From Pseudomonadota bacterium (GTDB taxonomy: Bacteria; Bdellovibrionota; Bdellovibrionia; Bdellovibrionales; Bdellovibrionaceae), in contig JBEGVH010000006.1 in the NCBI GenBank assembly GCA_041178425.1, positions 1 through 64,000 of the forward strand: a DNA stretch of 64,000 nt, read 5' to 3'. Of this stretch, positions 10,063-19,763 are shown piece after piece. Within the stretch, counting starts at the first letter, position 1; each line of letters opens with the position of its first letter. The position numbers were made by a program, and so were the translations under genes. A model generated the notes under the pieces. The model saw only the letters and a list, made by a program, of their open reading frames with translations. It did not search any database and was not told where the DNA came from.

Positions 10063-11145
10063 ATGATGGCGTGGGAATCGTTAGAAAAGCAAATAGTCGA
10101 CGTAAAAAAACAGTCTTGGGTTTCTGCACTTCAGGTTTATGGGGCAATCCGATCAATACGTTATCTGGCTGAACTATTGCCCGTGGCTATTTTGAATCAG
10201 CTTCATCTAAAAAAAATCAAATCATTTAAAAACGCCGATCTTCGTCGCCTAAGGCAACTTCTCGACGAAGTATGGCTGATTATCCAACAGGATAGTGAAC
10301 GCGTAGCTGCCCGGATTTATCCGGCAGCTGTGTTAAAGCCCGATCTTACGATAAGTTACTGGTCTCAGATTCTTCGGATATGGTTAAAGGGTTATAGGGT
10401 GAACACCTTGGGTGAGGCCTCCGAGGAGACTCATGATCTCGATCTTGAGCATGTTGAGGCTCTGCGAGATGTGCCAGGATACTACCGTCAGCATTTCAAG
10501 TATGCAGGGACAGGCTTTCTGAATGCCGATTCCGTTTCCCTCTATGAACACCAGATGGAGCTCCTTTTTTTAGGGGCATTGGATTCTATGCGCCGATTGA
10601 TTTTGGCACCAATGAAAAAGGCCTTTCGTTTTTCTGAAGGTGAGGGCTTGCGTTTTCTCGAAATAGGTTGTGGTTCTGGACGCATGACCCACTTTGTGAA
10701 AATGGCTTTTCCCAAAGCTAAGATTGTAGTTCTTGATGCGAGTCCCGTTTATCTTAAAGAGGCTCAAAAGAACCTATCAGAATTTAGCCGAATTGATTTT
10801 ATCCAAGGTGATGCACTTGATTTGCCCTTTAAAGATGAGCGTTTTGATGCTGTCTATATGGGTTTTCTTTTGCACGAAGTTCCGATCGATATTCGTCGGC
10901 AAGTGCTTGTTGAGGCCTATCGAGTTTTGGAGAAAAAAGGTTTTCTTGGGGTGGTTGATTTACTTCAGCATGATGATTGTCGTGAGTTGAATTGGGTGCT
11001 TGAAGAAAATTGGTTTCTGGGGCAACAACCCTTTCTTGCTGACTACACAAAGAATAATTTATCGGGTTTGTTTCAACATCTTGGTCTCCAAAGCACCGGG
11101 ATGGAGAGGGGTTTTCTGGCTAAATCCGTGTTCGGGATAAAATGA
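10063..11145 (+). CDS. Class I SAM-dependent methyltransferase (UbiE-like domain) with N-terminal extension
   Basis: LEIGCGSG, LDAS, GDALDLPF, FDAV and FLLHEVP motifs. Confidence 0.8.
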   Translation: MMAWESLEKQIVDVKKQSWVSALQVYGAIRSIRYLAELLPVAILNQLHLKKIKSFKNADLRRLRQLLDEVWLIIQQDSERVAARIYPAAVLKPDLTISYWSQILRIWLKGYRVNTLGEASEETHDLDLEHVEALRDVPGYYRQHFKYAGTGFLNADSVSLYEHQMELLFLGALDSMRRLILAPMKKAFRFSEGEGLRFLEIGCGSGRMTHFVKMAFPKAKIVVLDASPVYLKEAQKNLSEFSRIDFIQGDALDLPFKDERFDAVYMGFLLHEVPIDIRRQVLVEAYRVLEKKGFLGVVDLLQHDDCRELNWVLEENWFLGQQPFLADYTKNNLSGLFQHLGLQSTGMERGFLAKSVFGIK

Positions 11146-11274
11146 CCCGAAAAAATCTTTTTCGAGACGCCTGTTTATGGCGTTCTGGCCTCTCTTCTCA
11201 CTCTGGTCTAGCCGGAGATTTTCTGTAGACTCAAACTCTTGAGATCCTTAGACTTAAGCAAGGGAGCTTGATGT

Positions 11275-12012
11275 ATGAGCTTACAAGGAAAAAAGATTTT
11301 AGTCGTCGATGATGAAGAAGGCATTCGCGATTTGGTCGTGAGTGAATTTGAATTTAATGGCGCAACCTGCCTACAAGCGTCTAGCGGCAAAGAGGCCTTC
11401 GAAGTCTATAAAGCCCAATCACCCGATGCCGTCGTTTCTGATATTCGAATGCCCAATGGTGACGGACTTTTTTTTCTCGATGAAATTCAAAAAGCCAATA
11501 TTACTCCCTGTCCGATGATCTTTATGACGGGGTATTCTGATGTGCCCGTCGAAGAATTTTATGATCGTGGTGTTGAAGCCGTCATTAGTAAGCCTTTTCG
11601 TTTAGAACAACTCGTAAATACCCTTGATATGGCCATGAGATCGCGTCGAATGGGGTGGCGAAGAGCGACTCGAATCGTTTCGTCTCTCCGTGTCGTTGTG
11701 AGTTGGCCCGAGCAGACGGAGGCGCTGGCGTCACAGACATTCACTGTCGGTCGAGGTGGAATGTTTATTCATTCGACAATATGCTTTCCAAAAATCAATT
11801 CTAAGGCCCATTTTAAAATCATTTATCAACATGAGGGAGTAGAGCAGTTTATTGAGGGAGACGTGACTGTTCGATGGGTTCGCAAGGAGTCTCTCGATGA
11901 TCTGCCTCTTGGTTTTGGTTGTCAGTTTCTCGATTTGAATGACGATCAGTTAGATCTCATTGGTTCACTGGCGGGTTTGGCAAAAAGGAATCCGTTCATT
12001 CCGAAAGCCTAA
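11275..12012 (+). CDS. Response regulator receiver fused to a C-terminal PilZ-like domain
   Basis: VVDDE, SDIRMP, MTG and KPF receiver motifs; then RRATR, GGMF, VRWVR and GFGCQF. Confidence 0.8.
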   Translation: MSLQGKKILVVDDEEGIRDLVVSEFEFNGATCLQASSGKEAFEVYKAQSPDAVVSDIRMPNGDGLFFLDEIQKANITPCPMIFMTGYSDVPVEEFYDRGVEAVISKPFRLEQLVNTLDMAMRSRRMGWRRATRIVSSLRVVVSWPEQTEALASQTFTVGRGGMFIHSTICFPKINSKAHFKIIYQHEGVEQFIEGDVTVRWVRKESLDDLPLGFGCQFLDLNDDQLDLIGSLAGLAKRNPFIPKA

Positions 12013-12107
12013 GAGTTTTAGGTGATTCTCTAAAATAATATCTAGACGACTTTCCCAACTTCAGGTTAGAACGAGGCCCTTCGAAACATTTTTTTTGGGA
12101 GGGATCT

Positions 12108-13073
12108 ATGATTTCAAAATTTATTGATCATCATTATCGTCATTTTAACGCGGCAGCATTAAAGGACGCAGCCATCGGCTATAAAGCCCATATCAATAAG
12201 GGTGGTAAAATGCTTGTAACTCTTGCGGGTGCAATGAGTACAGCAGAGTTGGGACTCTCTCTTGCGGAAATGATTCGCCAAGGCAAAGTTCACGCGATCA
12301 GCTGCACGGGTGCAAACTTGGAAGAAGACGTTTTTAATTTGGTGGCTCATAATCATTACGAGCGGATTCCAAATTATCGTGACCTCACACCCGAAGATGA
12401 AGCAAAGCTACTCGACAAGCATTTAAATCGCGTGACCGACACTTGCATTCCCGAAGAAGAGGCCATTCGTCGAATTGAAAAAGTCGTAATCGAAGAGTGG
12501 CAAAAAGCCGATCACGAAGGAAAAGCGTATTTTCCTCATGAATTCATGTACAAAATTCTTTTGTCTGGAAAGTTAAAGCCACACTACCAAATCGATCCAA
12601 AAGACTCTTGGTTATTGGCGGCTGCAGAAAAAAACCTTCCGATGGTTGTTCCTGGTTGGGAAGATTCAACGCTCGGAAATATTTTTGCTGGTCACTGTAT
12701 CAAGGGCGACATTAAGAATGTCCATACCGTCAAAGGCGGCATTCAGTATATGATCAACTTTTCCGAATGGTATATGTCTGCAAGTAAAGACAATACTGTT
12801 GGATTTTTTCAAATTGGTGGCGGTATCGCCGGTGATTTCCCAATTTGTGTGGTTCCAATGTTGAGCCAGGATTTGCATCACGATGATGTTAAGGTGTGGG
12901 ATTACTTCTGCCAAATCAGTGATTCGACAACGAGCTACGGTTCTTATTCTGGAGCGGTGCCAAATGAGAAGATCACTTGGGGTAAACTGGCGGTGGATTC
13001 GCCAAAATACATCATTGAGTCGGACGCTTCGATTGTTGCTCCATTGATGTTTGCGTACATCCTTGGTTGGTAA
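12108..13073 (+). CDS. Deoxyhypusine synthase-like protein (probably polyamine/homospermidine synthesis)
   Basis: TGANLEED, DSTLG, IGGG and SYSGAVPNEKITWGK motifs. Confidence 0.85.
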   Translation: MISKFIDHHYRHFNAAALKDAAIGYKAHINKGGKMLVTLAGAMSTAELGLSLAEMIRQGKVHAISCTGANLEEDVFNLVAHNHYERIPNYRDLTPEDEAKLLDKHLNRVTDTCIPEEEAIRRIEKVVIEEWQKADHEGKAYFPHEFMYKILLSGKLKPHYQIDPKDSWLLAAAEKNLPMVVPGWEDSTLGNIFAGHCIKGDIKNVHTVKGGIQYMINFSEWYMSASKDNTVGFFQIGGGIAGDFPICVVPMLSQDLHHDDVKVWDYFCQISDSTTSYGSYSGAVPNEKITWGKLAVDSPKYIIESDASIVAPLMFAYILGW

Positions 13074-13112
13074 TGAGAGACTGGTGATTTAACAGTCGCC
13101 AGCATCTAAATT

Positions 13113-14048
13113 CTAAAACAAGTCAAAAAGCTCTCTGAACGGTTCAGAGAGCTTTTTTTGTTCTAGTGCTTTCATAAATAGATGAAGGCCCCGAGGTTCA
13201 TTGCCATTTCCATGAACTAACACAATACTTCCGGGCTGCGGTTTGTCACCCTTGCTAAGCCAAGCATTGCTTCCTAAGGGAATGAGACCGAGTTCTTGGG
13301 TTGTAGCGAGAGCCTCTTCGTTGGCGACCAGTCCAGGAAATCGAAAAAAGATTGAGGGAGTGATTCCTTTTTGAATCAATAAAAGTTCATTGGTGAGAAT
13401 CTCTTTTCTCACGTCGCGTCCTTCAGAGAGAAGGTAGTTTTTTTCAATGGGAACGTCGGGGTAAACAGGGTGATTACGGCTGTGATTAACCCAGGTCACT
13501 GGAGAGTGAGCAAAGGTTTGTTGGAGCCAATGCCATTCTTCTTTATGTTTGATAATCCACAACCCGCTCACGGCGATGGCAACGGGCCATTCGCGCTCTT
13601 TAATCAGTTCAAAAAATGATTTGCTGAATTCGTGAGTTGAAGGGCAAAGGTCGACAGTGAGATAGGTGCCTGGCGAATGATCCTTGGCTCCGGTCAGTCC
13701 GTGATTTTGAAGTTTTCCATCGAAATTATTGTATCTTTGGAGAGCCAGTAGATAGGAGCTTGCTATTCGTTGATCGGAATAGCTGGGTGAGTTTTTGGTG
13801 AGAAGGATCGGGCGGCAATGCAGAAGCTTTTCCGTTGGCAGGATTTCAGTTTTGAATGAGTTTTCATCCACAACCCAGCGAAAGTTTTTACCCTCTCTCT
13901 TGAATTCTCTGAGGGTGATGACTTTTCGTTTTTGTTCTTCGCATCGAAGAGTCTTAACTCGATAAAATTGCACAGCTTCAGGAGACGAAGTTTTAACTTC
14001 TTGGGCCCAGATCCATTGCGAAATGAAGATAGAAATGAAAAACATCAT
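13113..14048 (-). CDS. Secreted polysaccharide deacetylase-like (NodB/CE4 fold) protein
   Basis: Signal peptide; LTVDLCP, NHSRNHP, FRFPG and VLVHGN motifs. Confidence 0.7.
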   Translation of the reverse strand: MMFFISIFISQWIWAQEVKTSSPEAVQFYRVKTLRCEEQKRKVITLREFKREGKNFRWVVDENSFKTEILPTEKLLHCRPILLTKNSPSYSDQRIASSYLLALQRYNNFDGKLQNHGLTGAKDHSPGTYLTVDLCPSTHEFSKSFFELIKEREWPVAIAVSGLWIIKHKEEWHWLQQTFAHSPVTWVNHSRNHPVYPDVPIEKNYLLSEGRDVRKEILTNELLLIQKGITPSIFFRFPGLVANEEALATTQELGLIPLGSNAWLSKGDKPQPGSIVLVHGNGNEPRGLHLFMKALEQKKLSEPFRELFDLF

Positions 14049-14058
14049 TGCCCTACTT

Positions 14059-14085
14059 TTATCGGAAGGTTTCGCCGATTATTGA
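14059..14085 (-). promoter_or_regulatory. Putative sigma28 (FliA) promoter
   Basis: Minus strand TCAA-N15-TCCGATAA, ending about 10 nt before the start of the deacetylase-like gene. Confidence 0.5.
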
Positions 14086-14330
14086 GCTAAACTCAAGTTG
14101 AGATAATTTATAACGCTTTGGTTGAATGATCCGTTTGGATCGGTCCGACCATCATTTCGAAAGGCTCGCTTCGGTTCAAACTTGTGCCGCTGCTTTAAGT
14201 CGAGTTTTAAATTGATTCCAACAGGCCTATCAATAAATCTAGTTTGCTTTTCTTCTTTTTCAAGGGATGATGAAACAGAGTCTTTCAGTGACTCGACGTT
14301 ATGAATTTTGCTGATAAGGAATTGTAAACA

Positions 14331-14756
14331 TTGGAACAAGTTCCCGCTTGGTCAGACAATCCAGAAGAACTCAAGATCCTGCAACAGGGTCTTCTCGAGG
14401 ATATTCAAGGTAAGTTTGGGCCTTCGAACAGGGAGACCTATGGTTGGGTGCTTCGAGGAGAGGGTGGAGGCGTGATCGCAGGGGTGGCGGGCTTTGTGCA
14501 TTGGAATTGGGTTTATGTAGCCCAAGTCTGGGTAGAACAAGATTGTCGAGGTCAAGGACTAGCTAAAAAATTGCTCCAGCATCTCGAAGCGTGGGCAGCG
14601 GGGCGACGCTATCAGGGTTTGTACATCGACACCTTTGAAGAGTCGGTCAAGTTGATGTATGAAAAAATTGGGTATGTGAGTTTTGGTTCGATTCCCCAAT
14701 TTCCTCCGGGCCATCAAAGATTTTTTCTCTATCGAAATTTAAAGGTCAAAGAATGA
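14331..14756 (+). CDS. GNAT acetyltransferase
   Basis: VWV...RGQGLA acetyl-CoA motif; YEKIGY. Confidence 0.85.
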   Translation: MEQVPAWSDNPEELKILQQGLLEDIQGKFGPSNRETYGWVLRGEGGGVIAGVAGFVHWNWVYVAQVWVEQDCRGQGLAKKLLQHLEAWAAGRRYQGLYIDTFEESVKLMYEKIGYVSFGSIPQFPPGHQRFFLYRNLKVKE

Positions 14757-15493
14757 AACGAATGAGCTTGGCGTTACGTCTTTGGTTTACATTGTTCGTT
14801 AGCGCAATTCCATCGGCCTGGGCAGCTACTGCAAGTTTGACGCCTCCAGCCTCCGAGCAGCTCTTGCGCCGATTGGCGGAACGAAACAGCGGTACTGAGC
14901 AGCTTCTTTGGGTTCCTCCTCCAAAAAAGGGGTTTCAAACTCAAGTGCACCTCTTCGAAAAAACTCAGGGTCATTGGAAAGAAGCTCGAGATCCAATCGT
15001 GGCAGTGGTTGGGCAAAGAGGACTGGCCGAATCGGGGCAAAAGCAAGAGGGAGACCGAAAAACTCCCCAAGGTTTGTTTGGCCTTGGAAAAGTCTTCGGT
15101 AAAAACGTCAGTTTCGACACGAAAATGCCCTACGAAAAACTACAAGACGACATGAAGTGGATCGATGACCCTCGATCTCGACAATACAATCGACTCGTGC
15201 GCGGGCCTACGAGCGCCGAGAGTTACGAAACAATGCTTCGGAATGATGATCTCTATGATTTAGTGATGGTGCTTGAATATAACACGGAGCCTGTCGTTCC
15301 CGGTAAAGGGAGCGCCATCTTTATGCATATTTGGGAGAGCCCGTCCGCGGGGACGGCCGGGTGTGTGGCAATGGCTCGTTCAGATCTCGAGAATGTTCTC
15401 AAGTGGTTAGCCCCCGAAAAAAAACCACAGATTCTCGTGGGGCCTCTCGATGTATTGCCTCCGACTGATGCTAGAGCGAATCAACACTTATAA
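14753..15493 (+). CDS. L,D-transpeptidase (YkuD family), secreted
   Basis: EGDRKTPQG, GSAIFMH and TAGCV catalytic motifs; signal peptide. Confidence 0.88.
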   Translation: MKRMSLALRLWFTLFVSAIPSAWAATASLTPPASEQLLRRLAERNSGTEQLLWVPPPKKGFQTQVHLFEKTQGHWKEARDPIVAVVGQRGLAESGQKQEGDRKTPQGLFGLGKVFGKNVSFDTKMPYEKLQDDMKWIDDPRSRQYNRLVRGPTSAESYETMLRNDDLYDLVMVLEYNTEPVVPGKGSAIFMHIWESPSAGTAGCVAMARSDLENVLKWLAPEKKPQILVGPLDVLPPTDARANQHL

Positions 15494-16028
15494 TTTCGGG
15501 GAACAAACCCTTTAAGTGTGTCTCGATGCCTTCTTTGAGAGTTACTTGGGAGCTCGGACAGCCGGAGCAAGCACCTTTCATGGCAATTTTCAAATAGCCC
15601 TGTTGATACGAAATGTATTGAACATCGCCTCCATCGACGGCAACGGCGGGGCGAATTTCATGCTCGAGAACCCATTTAATTTTTTCAACGAGTTCAGATG
15701 TTTCGCCTTCAGCGTTGGCAGCCTCTTTCGTTAGTACGATGGGCTCTCCGCGTTCGATATGCTCTTCGATAAGATTGGCGAGGGGCGTGGCTAAGACATT
15801 CCAGTTTACCCAGTCTTGTTTTTCGACGGTGACAAAGTCAGTTCCGATAAAAACGGATTGAGCCCAAGGGAAACCGAAAATCTTTGTGGCAAGAGGAGAA
15901 GTGTGCGCAGATTCGCTGTTCGGACACTCGATGCTTTCGTCCGTGATCTTGGCTCCCCAAAAAAACTTGTAGGCGTGAGGATTGGGTGTTTCAACAAATT
16001 GAACAGTGACTTTTTTTTCAGCGCTCAT
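15471..16028 (-). CDS. NfuA/NifU-like Fe-S carrier (Nfu_N + NifU_C)
   Basis: TPNP N-terminal domain; IRPAVAVDGGD and GACSGCPSS motifs. Confidence 0.88.
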   Translation of the reverse strand: MSAEKKVTVQFVETPNPHAYKFFWGAKITDESIECPNSESAHTSPLATKIFGFPWAQSVFIGTDFVTVEKQDWVNWNVLATPLANLIEEHIERGEPIVLTKEAANAEGETSELVEKIKWVLEHEIRPAVAVDGGDVQYISYQQGYLKIAMKGACSGCPSSQVTLKEGIETHLKGLFPEIISVDSL

Positions 16029-16349
16029 CAGCAAAGGCCTTCCTATGTGGGTATCTATGGGAACCATCTTTTGGTAAACAAAGGTGTCTTGCCTTAGGTG
16101 CCGAAAGAAGTAAATCGGTTTTTAGGGGCCCTTTCAAAAATACGACATCCTATGAATATTCCGACGGTTTTCTGCCTAAGTTCCTTTGCCTTTCCCATGG
16201 CCGCTTGTCGGGGTCTGTCCCTACCCACGGCGCTGGTTGGGAGCGAGTGGGGACAGACCCCGAAAAGCGCAGCTTGTTGTTCTTGATCTTACTCCTTGAT
16301 TTCATTAGCGAAACTCTTTAACGTGTTCGCCAATCCAGGAGTAATCAAG

Positions 16350-17276
16350 ATGACACCAAGGGTAAGAGAAATTCTGAGCTGGTATGGCGCCGAGAATATC
16401 GGTGTACTCACCAATCTTGCGCGAATTCTGAATCACGGTCGTCTCAAAGGGACCGGAAAAATGGTGATTCTTCCTGTTGACCAAGGCTTCGAACATGGTC
16501 CGGCACGCAGTTTCGCTAAAATCCCGGACGGATATGATCCCGCCTATCACTTTGAACTCGCGATCGAATCGGGATGTAATGCTCATGCAGCACCGCTCGG
16601 CGCTCTTGAGTTAGCGGCTCGTGATTACGCGGGCGAGATTCCTTTGATTCTTAAATTGAATAGCTCCGATCAGTTGTTTGCGAATGCATCGCCCATTTCA
16701 GCCGTCCATTCATCCGTTGAAGATGCACTTCGTTTAGGATGTGTGGGCGTCGGCTTCACAATATATCCTGGTAGTTCTCAGCGAAAACAAATGTACGAAG
16801 AAATCGCGATGGCTGCACGCGAGGCGCGCAAAGCCGGATTAGTCGTGGTCATTTGGTCTTATCCTCGCGGTGAGCAGATTTCGAAACAAGGAGAAACGGC
16901 GATTGATGTCGTTTCGTATGCCGCTCACATCGCCGCACAGTTGGGTGCTCACATCATCAAAGTAAAAGCGCCAACTGATCAAATCGAGCAAGAGTCGGCT
17001 CGCAAAGTTTATATTGAACGCGGAATTAAAATTAGAACACTGGCGGATAGAACCCGCCACGTTGTTCATTCAACCTTTAATGGCAAACGCATTCTTCTCT
17101 TTTCTGGAGGCGAAACAAGAGCAACAATAGATCTACTCAATGATGCAAGTGACATGGCCCGAGGCGGAGCCTTCGGTAGCATCATGGGAAGAAATGCTTT
17201 TCAACGTCCAAAAGCAGAAGCTATTCAGCTTCTAAAAGAAGTGCAAGACACGTTTGCAGGAAAGAACTTAGGGTAA
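16350..17276 (+). CDS. fbaB: Class I fructose-bisphosphate aldolase (DhnA/FbaB type)
   Basis: LPVDQGFEHGP, WSYPRG, IIKVK and GRNAFQ motifs; AGGAG RBS before ATG 16350. Confidence 0.9.
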   Translation: MTPRVREILSWYGAENIGVLTNLARILNHGRLKGTGKMVILPVDQGFEHGPARSFAKIPDGYDPAYHFELAIESGCNAHAAPLGALELAARDYAGEIPLILKLNSSDQLFANASPISAVHSSVEDALRLGCVGVGFTIYPGSSQRKQMYEEIAMAAREARKAGLVVVIWSYPRGEQISKQGETAIDVVSYAAHIAAQLGAHIIKVKAPTDQIEQESARKVYIERGIKIRTLADRTRHVVHSTFNGKRILLFSGGETRATIDLLNDASDMARGGAFGSIMGRNAFQRPKAEAIQLLKEVQDTFAGKNLG

Positions 17277-17278
17277 CT

Positions 17279-18757
17279 ATGAGTGAGCATGAGAATCCAC
17301 TAAAAGCAGAAAAACGACGTAAGCTCCATGAACTTCGTCAATTAGGAATTAATCCTTATCCTTACAACTTTGAGAAGAGCTGTTCGGTTTCACAATTGTT
17401 GGCCGATTTTGATGGGGCTCTCAAAGAAGGCGATACCCGCCCCGAAACGAATTTCAAATTGGCGGGTCGATTAATGACGAAGCGTCCAATGGGAAAAGCC
17501 GCTTTCTTTAATATTCAAGATCAAACGGGCTCATTGCAGGGCTATCTTCGCTTGGAAGAGCTGAGTAAAGAGGATCAAGAGGCCTTCAATCATCTCGATC
17601 TCGGTGATATTGTAGGGATCGAAGGCTTTGTTTTTAAAACAAAAAAAGGTGAGACGTCGCTTCATTGCAAAGGCTTTAAGATGCTTTGTAAGAGTTTGGA
17701 AGTTCTTCCTGAAAAATACCACGGTCTCGCCGATGTTGAGATCAAGTATCGCCATCGCCACTTGGATTTGATTGCTGATCCCAACTCTCGCAAAGTTTTC
17801 GAGACGCGTTCAAAAATTATTCGCGAAATTAGAAATTTTTTGGATTCGCGCGGATTTTTGGAAGTAGAAACTCCGGTTTTGCAACCGATTTACGGAGGAG
17901 CTTCGGCTCATCCATTCCAAACGCATCATCGGGCTCTCGATATGAAGTTGTTCTTAAAAATTTCACCCGAGCTTTACCTCAAACGTCTGATCGTTGGTGG
18001 ATTTGAAAAAGTTTATGAAATCGGAAAGAATTTTCGAAACGAAGGCATTGATCGTTCGCACAACCCCGAGTTCACGATGCTCGAATGGTATGAAGCTTAC
18101 ACTGACTACGACTACCAATTAAAACAATTCGAAGAACTCGTTTCTCAATTGGCGTTGAAAATCACCGGCAGCATGAAGGTCATGTATCAAGGGAAAGAAG
18201 TCGACTTTACACCGCCTTGGCGTCGTTTAACCGTTTATGATGGTCTTCGTGAGTATGCTCGTATTGAGCCTAATACGATTTCTGAAGAGGAGTTGTTTAA
18301 AATACTTAAACAAAAAGGGTCAGACGCGAAGACTCCCGACAGCAAGGGCGAAATGCTCATGGAGCTCTTTGAATTAACAGTCGAAGAACATCTCTGGCAG
18401 CCCACCTTTGTGATGGATCATCCAGTAGAGATTTCACCGCTCACAAAAGCTCATCGTCGTCAAAAGGGTTTGGTGGAACGTTTTGAGCCTTTTGCTGCTT
18501 GCATGGAAATCGGAAACGCCTATAGCGAGTTGAATGATCCTGAAGATCAGATGAATCGCTTGAGAGAGCAAGAAGCCAAACGATTGGTCGACGAAGAAGC
18601 TCAACCAATGGACGAAGATTTTATTCACGCCATTGAGGTGGGAATGCCACCAACCGGTGGAGTGGGGCTTGGGGTTGAGCGCATCGTGATGATCCTGACG
18701 GACTGCCACTCAATTCGTGATATCCTCTTCTTTCCGACAATGCGGTTTAATAAATAA
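17279..18757 (+). CDS. lysS: Lysyl-tRNA synthetase (class II)
   Basis: GKAAF, YRHRHLDL, FRNEGIDRSHNPEFT and GMPPTGG motifs. Confidence 0.97.
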   Translation: MSEHENPLKAEKRRKLHELRQLGINPYPYNFEKSCSVSQLLADFDGALKEGDTRPETNFKLAGRLMTKRPMGKAAFFNIQDQTGSLQGYLRLEELSKEDQEAFNHLDLGDIVGIEGFVFKTKKGETSLHCKGFKMLCKSLEVLPEKYHGLADVEIKYRHRHLDLIADPNSRKVFETRSKIIREIRNFLDSRGFLEVETPVLQPIYGGASAHPFQTHHRALDMKLFLKISPELYLKRLIVGGFEKVYEIGKNFRNEGIDRSHNPEFTMLEWYEAYTDYDYQLKQFEELVSQLALKITGSMKVMYQGKEVDFTPPWRRLTVYDGLREYARIEPNTISEEELFKILKQKGSDAKTPDSKGEMLMELFELTVEEHLWQPTFVMDHPVEISPLTKAHRRQKGLVERFEPFAACMEIGNAYSELNDPEDQMNRLREQEAKRLVDEEAQPMDEDFIHAIEVGMPPTGGVGLGVERIVMILTDCHSIRDILFFPTMRFNK

Positions 18758-18768
18758 AAAAAGTTTTC

Positions 18769-18807
18769 AAAGGGAGGAGTTTCAAGAATCAAACTCCTCC
18801 CTTTCTT
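18769..18807 (+). terminator. Intrinsic terminator after lysS
   Basis: Perfect 14-bp stem AAAGGGAGGAGTTT / AAACTCCTCCCTTT. Confidence 0.75.
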
Positions 18808-18909
18808 CCAATTCGCTCTCAATTCATGAGTCCACTTGTGAAAAGGTTTTCGACTGGCTCTCTCGCTGATAGACCTCGACGTAGATGGTGATGTGCTGTT
18901 TAAGCTCGC

Positions 18910-18970
18910 CTCAAAATGAGAACACTGACCGTGTCTAGGTTTAAATCAGTTGTCTTCATCTCATTTTGAT
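18910..18970. promoter_or_regulatory. Pair of inverted CTCA-N3-TGAG-type operator-like sites
   Basis: TCAAAATGAGA (18911-18921) and its exact reverse complement TCTCATTTTGA (18959-18969). Confidence 0.4.
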
Positions 18971-19041
18971 CCAAAAAAAGCGTGGCACTGTTTTTGTTGG
19001 TTAAGATTTTGATTTCTCTCCAGATTCGCTTTCTTTGACAT

Positions 19042-19068
19042 TAAGGACCACATTCGACACGCCGATAA
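19042..19068 (+). promoter_or_regulatory. sigma28 (FliA) promoter
   Basis: TAAG-N15-GCCGATAA: consensus -10 with correct spacing. Confidence 0.75.
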
Positions 19069-19073
19069 GTTAA

Positions 19074-19763
19074 GTGATGCTCGATGCGGCGTGGAAAAAA
19101 AGACATTTTATCCAATTCTTAAATCAATTCTTAAACCGAATTGGAGAAAAATCTTTTTTTAAAAGAGCTAGTGTTGCCTTCTTAGGTAGTTTTCTCATGG
19201 CGTGTTCCATGGACATGAGTGTTGCACCTTCGAACGGCATGAATATCAAGGTAAATGATGCCATTGATGGTATTTACATTAACAAAACGAATGAGAAGTC
19301 TTTTGTCGTGAGTGGCACCTGTACGGTCGATGATCAGCCCGTCAAAATTACGGGGGCCGTCAACGCAGAAGCCCTTTGTCTCAATGAAAACTGGACAGTA
19401 ACCATGGATCTCTCTTCGTTGCCGGATGGAGAGGTTAAGCTTCTCATTGATCACGTCGATGAGTACGGGAACAAAGCCATCACCGAATCAAAGACCTATA
19501 TTAAAGATACCGTCCTCCCCATCGTTGCGATCAGTGCACCCAATGCCGAAACTTACCTCAATAATCTTCAAGTGGGTTCCGTGTCCGTGTCGGGGGCCTG
19601 CAGCGAAGACTCACATCCCGTTGTTATAACTGGCGCTGTTTCGGGCCATGAATTTGCCTGTTCAAACGGTGAGTGGTCGGGTGTTCTTGATTTTTCGCAG
19701 GCACCTGAAGGGCCTATTAGTTTTGTGGCTTCGCAAAAAGATACGGCCGGAAACCCAGTCTGA
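19074..19763 (+). CDS. N-terminal part of giant lipoprotein adhesin-like gene (lipobox plus Ig-like repeats), frameshifted near 19755
   Basis: FLGSFLMAC lipobox; repeats SGTC...W...D.AGN continue seamlessly into the +1 frame. Confidence 0.75.
   Translation: MMLDAAWKKRHFIQFLNQFLNRIGEKSFFKRASVAFLGSFLMACSMDMSVAPSNGMNIKVNDAIDGIYINKTNEKSFVVSGTCTVDDQPVKITGAVNAEALCLNENWTVTMDLSSLPDGEVKLLIDHVDEYGNKAITESKTYIKDTVLPIVAISAPNAETYLNNLQVGSVSVSGACSEDSHPVVITGAVSGHEFACSNGEWSGVLDFSQAPEGPISFVASQKDTAGNPV

Noticed and set aside
14079..14339. 86-aa minus-strand ORF
   Set aside because: No RBS or motif; overlaps the GNAT start and a predicted promoter.
19648..19756. ATG 19648 as the true start of the 3231-aa ORF
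   Set aside because: The first ~36 codons are out-of-frame read of the upstream Ig repeat; repeat homology begins only after 19756.
19751..19763. Programmed -1 frameshift at A AAC CCA
   Set aside because: The downstream ORF is in the +1 frame, so a -1 slip would not join the two parts.
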